Shown here: in pieces, positions 49,843 to 61,800 of the stretch | Position numbering within the stretch: the stretch's first letter is position 1 | Layout: every line of letters begins with the position of its first letter | DNA from: Styela clava | Lineage: Eukaryota | Assembly: GCF_964204865.1 (NCBI RefSeq) | Contig: NC_135252.1 | Span: 17,112,001-17,176,000 of the forward strand | Length of the DNA: 64,000 nucleotides | Direction: 5' to 3' | The notes under the pieces: generated by a model | Seen by the model: only the letters and a program-made list of their open reading frames with translations | Databases searched by the model: none | Told to the model about the DNA's origin: nothing | Made by a program: the position numbers and the translations under genes

Positions 49843-52800
49843 TTAAGTAGAACTTCTAACATTTTCAAACATATCAACAACATTGATCAAGGCTTTACTT
49901 AACTCTTCGGAAAGTATTTCAGTGAAGTTGACGCAATCCTTAGAAATACTTGCAAACACCTTACCGTGGCATTCATGATTATGGTTGAAAAAACATGGAC
50001 GAAGAAGATTGCTGACAAAATCATGTGTTATATCTGTAAAATTATGATTGATAGCAAAAAGAAAAAATGAGGCATTGGATGAAGTACCGTGAGGTTGTGC
50101 GGACAACTTGCTAGAATTTTGGCAAAAATCATTTTTAGGAATTGCAAATGATACGTCTTCCTCAAGGATCTGGCTTGTGGCCACTCCTGTTATATCATAA
50201 TTTTGATTTTCTTTTTGGCTCTTGAGAACAGCAATTTCTCTTTCCATGTAATGTTTATTGAAAAATCCTTTATATTTTTTGTAAAATTCAGTTCTTTTGT
50301 CCTGAAGAAGCCAAGCATCCAGCACTTTTAATATTTCTATTTCAACTGGAAGTTGTTGTCCCGCATTGCAACTTTTGCCAATGAAGTTGCTATATCTGGA
50401 ATCTGATGATGATATAACCTGAAGAAAAATTTTCACTCAATGATTTTCACCAATAACATAACTAAAAAAAGAGACCACAGAAACGAGATTTGACATTTTT
50501 TTGCGCTTCTCGAAGTCGGAGCCTAAATATATTTTTTCGTCTGAAACCGCAGCGTTTGTGTTCCATTCCCAATTCCAGATGTCGGATAAGACATTAGCGC
50601 GACTTCACGGCCATGCATCAACTCATGTTATATTATTGCGTGGTGTAATTTGCTATTAAATGTTTAATTCGCCAACAATTTTAACAAACATTATTCCTAC
50701 CTCTGACATTATATTCCTCATTACTGTACAGTCGTTTTCATCGCATCCATACATATTATGAATAATGTATAACGCTGCATCATAAAGCACATCTCGGATT
50801 GTAACTTTCTTCTCTGTGGATTCCCTGATAGAGTAAATGCATTAATGCTTATGTTACTTCGATATATTAAATTTATTCATGAATTAGAATAGATCATGTG
50901 CCGTCCGCACTGCTGTACAAAGACAGCGGCACTCCAGAAGTGTGTGTACCAATATGGAGGCAACTAAATTTGTTCGCCTACTTCACATCAAGTTTTGTAA
51001 ATGGACTGGAACATATGTGCATGGGGGTATATTCACTTAGCTAACACAGACAATCCCCAAACTCGTAGTAGAACTAAAATAAGGGAAATCCTAATAAAAT
51101 TATGCCACAACTCTAACCTGGTACACACCCTATGGGAGTACCCAAGCAGCAATATACAGAATAACCATTGACTTTTGGTTTGACTTTGAAGAATCGCATT
51201 TGTTAAAAGACACAACTGTATGCCAGCAATTCGAAGTTGAAGGCGAACCTGTATTTTCCACTGAGCATTGCTCCAAACATTGGCGATTTTCCACTTATTA
51301 TATCAGAATGGATAGGGATAGATGAAACAGCTTGCGAAGAATTATTTTTCTTCTCTGACGACATTTTTCGTGCTCTCGTATTATGATGATGTTGATGCTT
51401 TTCAGTCTATTGTAATGAAAAGAGAAATTATATGATTGATTATGCAGGCCTGCCTAAATGTATATGATAGCTAGAATTATTAAGAAAGTTAAGATAATAT
51501 TGAATTGTCAAATTAAATAGATGGTATTTAGCTGGGAACTGTGTATCAATTTTATAAAGATAGAACTAGAGTGGATAGCCATATGTGGTGTAGATTTCAT
51601 ACTACTATATAATGTTAAAGAATCTTATCGCAATGTTGTATTATAAAATATATATTTCAGCGCAGCATCTGACCCAGACATGAAGTATTGAACTGGGCTC
51701 AAGTGAGACACAAATATGATAAAAATTAATGATCAACATTAAACACGCATTATAAAGAAAATGAAATAACCTTTCTTCTGTCAACACACTTTACATAGGT
51801 TTGTGACAGTGAATATTTCTAAATTCGATAAATCAAACTTACTTTAGATGATTGACCAGAAGTAAATATAAGATTTCTGTCAGGTTCAGATGATGAACAA
51901 TGAAGAGAATACGCACATTCAGAAACATTCTCATGTGTCCCTGACAAATAAATGATCTCTATTAAAATTTCTAAGACAGCTATAAAAAATCCCCAACTTT
52001 ATTGCACGAAAGATAATAATGCTTTACAAATACTTGACTGCGATTAGTACCTTGTTTATTAGGTAGTTTTTTTGATAGATTGATATATCACATAACAAAT
52101 CCATCCTGAAGGTTCATTTACTCTCACTTTGTATCCTCTAAAAAAAGTTATTCTGAAAAATTGGGCCAAGTCGAGTCTTTAAAAAAGTTTTCCCACCTTT
52201 TCCTTCAACAAGAATGCTGAACGGTATCAAGTCTTCATGATCAAGTTTCTCTTCACAAATTTCAAACAAGTCTGGACTTTCATTGTCAAAATTATTTTCC
52301 ACTTCAGTTCTGTTGCCATTTATACGATTTCCATGTCCAGCGAGTTTATGTAAAGTGTAAGAAGCAGATTGAAAGATGTAATTCGTAGATGCATAATTTA
52401 TGATGGCATCACATAATATGTAAAGTTTCTTGCGATCCAATATTGTTCGAAGATTTGAAATTACGTATCTGAAAATAGTTAGGACAAGCTGAACATAAAA
52501 TCACTTCAATTTTCACCAATTGGATGAATCTACCAAGCACTATAGACAACTAACATCACACTGCTGATCAGAATAGAATTTTTCGTAAGTGAGGAAAGTC
52601 AAACTACAGCCTTTTGATCTTCAACATTTCAGGTCACGAATAATCGAAATAACGCTTGAAAAAGCTGTAACTGACCAATGATTATGTAAAGCAAGGCTGG
52701 GGACTAGGAGTTTCAGATCTTCAGTGGTAATAAAGTGAAGAGTACTTTCCGGCCTGTTATAGAAAGTTTGCATATAAATGAGTTTTTGTTATCAAAATTG

Positions 52801-55800
52801 GATTTTCCGGAATTTCAAAGCTGATTCATTTACGTGAAGATCATATCAATTCTCTTGTGCAAGATCATTCCCCATAATATTCAAAGCTGCTTCATACTAG
52901 CACAGTATAAGGAGCAGAGCATTTTGGGTAGACTCTGGTTAATTAAAGTTTTCTCCATAACTATGAATTAGACTTAATGCATAAAGGCGAATTTTTATAA
53001 ATTGAAAATTTAAGAGTGTTAATATAGTGTTTGTTATATTCTTTTCCATGAATCAAAATGTTAAAATTTTTGAAGCAAAATAAGTTACATTTATGAAATT
53101 ATTTACAAATATTTAACCCGAGACATATCTATGAAGTATATCAATGGTATAATTACAGTTAAAAAATAGGAATCTATGGTAATAATACTCACTTTAGTAA
53201 AGAATCGGACATATTTTTTCTACTCTCCAGAGATCGACTACACCAAAGAGATAACAAAACTACAATTGAAGTTGCTGCAATTGCTTCTGAGTCTGTTCCT
53301 GAGAATAATAATCATACTTAGTATTCTTTTGAACATCACAGAATAAGATTAAATTTTGTAGTTAGTATTCTTCTTAGTTTTACTCCTTTAACATGCTTCG
53401 CAATCAACATGATGTCATAAAAAAGAATTCGAAACAAAAAAGAAGATACCTGTCCTGCTGTTCAATAAAAAACCTAGTTTTGGTTTTAACAGATTTCCAT
53501 CATTTATCTAATTCACCACATTTAATAGGACAGAACCAATAAAACATATTAAAAAGAATGCAAAGCAGTTAAAAAAATATTTACCTTTAGTAATCATTCT
53601 CTTCAATGTGTTTGCCCCATACACTGATGAATGAGATAGCGAAATATTATGCCACATGTTACTGAGTGGATCTTTGTATTCAGAAGTTTTTGTCATGTTG
53701 CATTTTGTGCAGAAGTCCTGCAAATTAAGGAACACATTATACTCAGAAAACTATCTTCTCAAATAATTAGTTAGAATAATATAGCACCGTCGAAAAATTG
53801 TAACCTTTCAACCCATAGTTAAGAATTTCGATAAATATTCAGAACGAATAATTATTCAAGGGTTTTATGTTTCAACAATATCTTTTATCAATATTATATG
53901 GTGGTCCAGAAGTGTGTACCAATATGGAGGTAACTAATTTTGTTCGACTACTATACATCAAGTTGAGTAAAGGGACGGAAGCCTGTGGGCAGGGGGCATA
54001 TTCACTTGGCTAACACAGACAGTCCCCGAACTCGTAATAGGACTAAAATAAGGATAATCAGAATAAAGGTACACACACTACTAAATCATATGTAAAACCA
54101 TAGCTGGTTACCTGGCCATGTCGAGTAAACATTTAGTTGTTCCAAAATTCATTTACAGGCGACCCAAAAAAGTAGAACTAAGGTCATTCGAAACAAAGTG
54201 TCCTAAATTACTGAAAGTTTCGGATACAATCATACACATGTAGAAGTTAACATATTATATAAATTGCCTTTATTTTCGTAGAGGTAATTAGAAAATTCTG
54301 TTTTATTGGGTCATTGTGTATAGTGATAACCCGTATTTGCTTTACGTCATCATTATAAGATATAATGTCACGCAACCTCAAAAATGAAATTCAAAATATC
54401 TATACACTGTGAAATGGTAAATACCATTTACAAATTCCATTAGGCATTTGTATGAATTTACCTCTGAATCATTATTTAGATCAAAAGTATCCTTATTTAT
54501 CATTCTCTTGTTAGCTTCAGCATCGACACATGTAACAAGTAGTGAAGTTACAATTTGATGGAAACAATCGGGACATGAAGTAAGACGATCTATAATTCTG
54601 TTCAATCTGAAGACAAAAACTTTGAATTTCCGGTACTTGAAAGAACATTAACATAATTCATGCACATAATACGCAGTTATAATACAAGTTAATAAAAGTT
54701 TGAATAGCTGAAACTCAACCGATTGCATTGTGGGGCGTTGTTTATTTTGAATTTTTAATTGGGTCCGATATTTGACAAAGAAGTAAGTAAATGCAAAAAG
54801 CCTGAAGTAAGACAAAGACAATTATGGTAACAAACATGGACTGAAAAAATTAAGAGACACAAAAGTATCAAAACAGTGTTATAAATAAACTGAAATAAAA
54901 CAACAAAAAATTTGAGTGAAATATTGGGCTCGCCTAGTCTCAGAAAAAAAATTTGACAAAACGATTCATAGGTCCACTTTGCATTTGAAAACCCGTTTTA
55001 ATAATGAATAATTTCAGATCTAAATGGAATTAGAGCAACTAATATTTAATCTAAGACTAACAGAATTATAAAGAAGCATAACACTTGCATAGAAGGATAG
55101 CAGAATATGGTATCATATTATTAAACTCGAAAGCTTATAATTTATCAGATGTCTGAAGAACATGGTTGGAATAAGATTTAAAATCAAATTACCGGTACTT
55201 ATTACGAAATTTTTGCCTCAGAAAAAAATTCATAAAATAAAGATCTCAGTCAATTAAATAAAATCCTTTTCAATTACAAAAAAGCAATCTGCAACCTCAT
55301 AATTGAAATAACATATCTTACTTTGGATCAAGCTTTCCTGGGTATTCCCTGATATAAGTGATCATACAATCCGTACAATTTTCTTGTTGAGCAAGCGACG
55401 TCACGTAAGCATCAGACACTTCACAGTAATGACATAACAAACATAGAATGACTTGGATGGGAGTCACAGGCTCTGGACCGGTCAGTGCGCAATCTTTGGT
55501 GTGGTCAGCAGGGGTAGCTTTTTCTTTGAGAGATGGTAAGGGATTAGACATGGTTTTTGTAAGTTCAGGTGCATTTTGATCTGTTGTTGAGGTCGTGGGT
55601 TGTTGTGGAACAAAATCCTCTGTGATTTCTTGAGTGTTAGTAGTATCTGTTTCGTCTGAAGAAATAGAATATCATTGGAATGCCATATGAAAATGTCTTT
55701 CGAATTAAAACAAAGATGATCATCCCCCTGCCTTCCAAGACATAAATATTCAGTGAATTTTATTTACAATATTATTCATTCATCACATATATTCAAAGAA

Positions 55801-58800
55801 AAATGATCATAGTTGCTCAAAAGTATAACTGATGTAGATAAAAACTGAAACAATTGGGAGAAAACAATCTCTCTATGCTTTGCTGGACACAAATATTTTA
55901 TTTACAATCATACTAATATATTTTAATGAAAAATAAGCAAACTAACGAAGAACAAATAGTCCAATTACTAAACCTATCCAAAGGATAACTTTTTAATTAC
56001 ATTTACACATAAATCACTTTCCAATTGAAAGAACTTTCAAATTCTAAATTTCAAAATTGTATCTGAACAATCATACTCTAACTATTGCACTTTTATTAAG
56101 CAAAAACAAACCCAATCTTCTGACAGCTCCTGAGCTTTTTCGTCTACGATTTTGTTTCCATGAAGATGCAGAAGTCGCACCAGTTGTGCTAGAAGTTGAT
56201 GTACCAACATCTCTACCAGCATGTTTCAAAACCAATGGTGATACACTGAAATTTCATCAAAGGCATATTGTAATGTTTACGTACATATTTTGAATAGCAT
56301 TTAATAAAAACAAAGAAATGTAGGAAGATTTTAAGAGACAATCAAAATATGATGGTTCATATCAGAATTTAATTGGAAACGTTGTAAAATTATTCCAAGT
56401 TTTATAAAAATATATTTCATGAGAATAGTGTTCATTACACTGCATTAATTTCAACTGATATCCCGAATCCGGACCTTGTTTCCTGATAACCAAACCTTTG
56501 CTTTATTGTGATTCCGCCTAAGTATTTTCTAGATAGCAATAGCTTGAATTGTTCCAAGCGTCACGTCAGCCACCGTCTACTGACATCCGTGGCACAAATA
56601 AACCTTATATGGTGCTCCCGAAGTATGCGAACCAAGATGGCGGACATCGGAGCGTAACATGGGTAACAGGTTATGGTTAGGCCATAATTTTTTTCCAATT
56701 TTCCTTATTTTAGTCCTATTATCAGTTCGAAGACTAGCCAAGAGCCTCCCGTAGTATTTATACCTAAAATTATGGCCTAACCCTAACCTAGTACACATAT
56801 TACATTCTGATGTCCGCCATCTTGGTTCGCATACTTCGGGAGCCCCCCTTATATATCTCAGAATGTTTGTGGTGCTTGCAACAGTATGTTCAATAATTTA
56901 TTTACATCCACTTGGGGGCCTGAAACCTTGCTTTGAACAATTTTGCAAATAAAATGATTAAAATCTTTTCAAATTTTGTTTTGAATAAATTCTTCATATT
57001 CTCACCTGCAAGTATCACTGACAAATTGTAAGAAACTCGGACTGCAAGCTGAGTTCCCTATATCAGGAAGAGTTAACTCTGCTGATGGAGAAGATGAACC
57101 TGAATAAAGTATAATGTTGAGTTTACCACTCTGAGGCAGATTCTGCTCATGGTTTTTCATATCTATCCCATGGTTTGGAAAGCTGACAAGAGAGAAAATT
57201 AATATGAAGAACCACAGCCACTCGTCAGTTACCAGTATATACTAGGTGTGCCAACTGGCAAGCTCTATTAATTCCTTCTATTATGAGAATACATAATAAT
57301 TTAGACGTACCTACATTTCTAGAGTCTAAATAAACATCCAAAATACCTATAAAAACTTCAAGCACAAGCAATGACAACAGATGGGGCTTATCATATTATT
57401 GTAGGAATGTTACAAAACGCGCTTTTTCGCGCCAAAAAATGTACGCACCACGTCTGCTAAGTACCGTAACGCCGTGTCAGAATACCGCTCATAAAAACGA
57501 CTACGGACTGCCTGCTGTTGTTTGGAATTCCATGAAATTTGGACATAACTTAGATAAAATGCGCAACTATGATTTGGTATTTGAATTTTTTCATTAGCGC
57601 ATAAATTTCCCAACATTCGGGGCTTTTAAAAATTACGCTAAAGTTATACGTACTGCAAATTAATGATATTGTCTATGGACACCAATAAAATATATATGGA
57701 CGCATGTATGTCATTCCTAACTTGATACTTACCAATTTTTATGAAGTTTGTTCAATCAGAACATCGTTAATTATTACCCGCAACGAGGCACTGTCAAACT
57801 AATATGCTCAACTCCAGGGTTGATTTGCGACGATCTTCCGACGGCCTCAATGATCGTTGCCAGAATAAAATCCTGAAGTAATCTGAATTTTCTTAGATGT
57901 GACTCACATCGAAAAATTAAAGATTGATATGTGTTTTTTTTTCATATTTATTAAAGTTCTTATTGAAAAAAGTCAATTCGCATACGTTTACGAAACGGTA
58001 CAAATTAATTCAAGGCACGAGAAGTATGATCTTAGCACGCGTCTGTCAACGCGCATCAGTTATCGACTGAATGCCGACATTTTCCCTCGCAGCGATTTCT
58101 CTCGTTTTGCGTTTCACTAAGCGTGGTAAATCTCCTACGAGTTAAGGAATATTAAATGATAATTAATCGTTCATTAAGGTCGGATATGAAAAACGCTAAA
58201 TCAGTTAATTGCCGCGTATGCGGGGACTTGCGTATTGGGAAAGTCGTTGCCGACCAGAGGTTATGTAAAGTTCAGAAACTTTCTCGTACATAATTAATTG
58301 AAAAGCAGCTAATATCGTTAAAAAGAATTTGCAAACTTTTTTGCATTAGGTTCTTCTATTCACAATAACTTTTCGTTCAAAATTTTTTTCGATTACCTCC
58401 AAAAATAGCCGAGATACATTCTGTTGTTTATCGGTCTGACATTCTCGCGGTCACAGTTTTTGAGTCGGCGCAATACAATCCTTATGGAAAAAATTGGCCT
58501 ATCGGGCTGTATTTAAATGCAGATATCTCCGTTAATTCTTGACCATTTTTCGCAAACTTGGTATTGTTTTCTTATTTTCACTTAGATCTATCCACTGGTG
58601 CAGTTTTTATTTAAATCGGATGAACTTTAATTTTTTTGTAACATACCTAAAATGTACTGCATTTTAGAGTCTAGGGTTAGATCTGGCAAGCACAGTCACG
58701 ACTTAACATTCGATGTGTAACGTATTGGTGAAGAAATATAAAAATTGCCAAAAGTTTTAAGATTGAAACGTACATATAATAATATGAAATAACAACTGCA

Positions 58801-61800
58801 GAATAAAGAACAATATTTAAAATAAATTGCTCAAACCTGCAATTGGTTGAATATTTACTGGTATATTGGAACTAGTGGTCCCGTTATCATTATCCAGAGA
58901 TCTGAAATTCAATAGAATAACCAGCAATTCAAGGATGATTGAAAATAATGTAGTAAATATAGATAATTTGGCATTCAAAAATATTTTTTGTCATTTAACT
59001 ACAATTAAAAGAAATTAAATATATCTTTTTCAAAGAAAAAATAAAATCACAATTTCATTTCAATTCTTCCAGGAAATAGAATTTAAATTAGGTAAAAAGA
59101 ATAATCGTTAAAATTCACATTATATATTATACCTTGATCTTATTCTGTCATTTTCTTTCAGATTATCTATCTTTGCTCGTTTGGAAACTTGTCGTAAATC
59201 CTTCTCCATTCTCGTTCTAAATTCCTTGTTTTCTTTGATCTAAACAAAAATATCAAAATTATTTTCCTCATTTTTACGAATATATCCACAGTTTACACAA
59301 CATAATAATATAAAGATTTTTACTGATGGACTTTATTATTGTCAATTTTTTTCTCACAACCATCGAGCCTCTGTATAAGCATATGCTGACACATAATGAG
59401 TGACCAATTTAGACGAACGGGGTTATTTTCAACACAATTTCAATATTTAACCTGCGCAACTTAATTTTAATGAGTCAACAAGTAGTCAAGCATGTGCAGA
59501 TTTTCACTCCTAAGATATGTTATACAAATTTGGGGGCTCCCGAAACATGCGAACCAAGATGGCGGACATCGGAACGTAACATGGGTAACAGGTTAGGGTT
59601 AGGCGATAATTTTTTTCCTATTTTCCTTATTTTAGTCCTATTATCAGTTCGAAGACTAGCCAAGAGCCTCCCGTAGTATTTATACCTAAAATTTTGGCCT
59701 AACCCTAACCTAGTACACATATTACATTTCGATGTCCGCCATCTTGGTTCGCATACTTCAGGAGCCCCCATGTTTGATCTGGCGGTTAACGTTGATTATA
59801 TGCTATATGTATGTGACTTACAGCCAACATCAATTAAAATAAATCTTTATGTTATTGCTTTGCACAACAATTCAATTTGAATAAATTTAAATGATACCTG
59901 TGTAAGAGATTTTTCATTCGATGAGTTTGAGCCATTGGAGCTGGATGAACTATGTCTGTTTCGTTTTTCTGTGTTGGAAGTTTCTGTGCAAACAATATAG
60001 ACTAAATAAAAATAGCAAATCCCAGATAATATTAAAAAAATTTCATCAACATTTGGTCTAGGATGGACCAAATATGAAATAAAATGATTTATATACAATA
60101 TGGGGTTTGTGAACATTCAAATGTGACCTATTTCTACACAAATATCCCATCTCAAATTCATACAAGTGACATCAACGGAAATACTGGTCATTGTGGTCAA
60201 GTCAGCAATGTCGATTAGGCAGCAATTAGTGAATGAAAAGGCCTTAAATCTTGCTTCTGAATTAAAAGTTTTGGGATACATGTTTTGCATGGAATTGTCA
60301 TTTTATGAAAAGCAACAAATATAAGACATAATTCCACTCTTTAACGGCAAAAAGTTCGAAAAATTTTACTCTAATCCTTACCAGCAGAGGTCGAGGTGTA
60401 AGCATTGGTCATTGGCAACAACGCAGGTGAATGCATTTGATCGAATCCATCTCTGGATGATGAACTTTCGTCTTGATCAAGAGGTTCATTCTCTTCTAAA
60501 TTATGTAAATATAATAATATAATAACGAGGACTTTGGTCAGAGACCGAAGACTCGAAAGTTAGGCGATCCCCCAAAACAGAAACTCCGGTTTCGATCCAT
60601 CCGCTCTTTGTCCACGGCGACACCGTGTGTCTCATCACTAATCAATTAATAACTTGCTAATTATACAACATAATTCATCCAAAATCAATAGCCTTCTGGT
60701 CCGAGATATGATAAATGCACATGCAAAATTTGGAGCAGATTCAAACTCACTTTTGTGAGATATCGCGTGTATCTAACAGACAAACAAACAGACAAATACC
60801 TATCAACATATATACCGAACAAGATCAATAAGTAAAAACAAAGTGAGCAAATGACTGTAAATAAACTTACTATCCCAAGTTTACAAGCGAGTAATTTTTT
60901 CACTATCTGAGGATTCGATTTTTATAAGATGTTTTTTTTCCCTCACTCAAACAAGGGGCTTAATAAACAATCACTGATACATAAAAAGTTACTAATTTTG
61001 AAATAACCGGCATTTTTACAGTTCGTCATTGCCTACCAAATTCATTGCACCCTAGACGAGGTGGTACTTCCTAATACCACAGCTCAATTCAATATAAATA
61101 TGAAAACCTTACTCTAATATGTCTTTGATATAGACATACCTTCGAACACCTCATGTGGAAAATGATGAGATTCTTCAGAAATGATGTCAGAGGGTGATAT
61201 CGATCTGGGTACAGTGGGGGTATCTGGTGGAGTAGATTCCTCAGCAAAATCCCCCGGAATTGGACTAGGTCCCTGGGGTGACCATTGAGGTGAGCAAGAA
61301 GTCTGCTCAAACTTTGATCTCTGGGGAAAAAAAAATTGGAAAATTGATAATTAAAAATTCAGTACGGAGCATACTATTAAGGATTTCATTAAAATTTGAG
61401 CTAGGTCAACTTGCTAAACTTAAGCTATAGTAAAGCGCTACCAAGCCCAAAAACAGGCTCTAAAAGCAGTTAGAAATTCACATGCAAACTATCTTCATCG
61501 GCTGCGGAGCCAAAGTAGAAAACTTTTGTTAAATAAGCAATGGGTTGACTAAACATTTTCAATAGGCAATTAAAAAGACTAGCAAACACAGAAGTTTTTA
61601 TGAACAAAATTTGTCTATCTTGAAGTTGGGATCAACATTTTCGCCAACCAGGTGTCGAAGAACTCACAGCCATGTTCATAGATAAACAGATATAATTTTA
61701 AACAAAAAATGCATGTTACTCAAATACTGGCCTCAAAACAAAATAGAAGGCAGGGGATCTCAAAAACGAACACATACAAGTTTAAAATGAAATGCAGTTT

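Noticed and set aside
59590-59712. TTAGGG repeats as a telomere or chromosome fusion site
   Set aside because: Only about two units, always embedded in MITEs.
56577-59771. Near-identical short ORFs at 56577-56798, 59470-59676 and 59520-59771
   Set aside because: They are translations of MITE family B copies, not genes.
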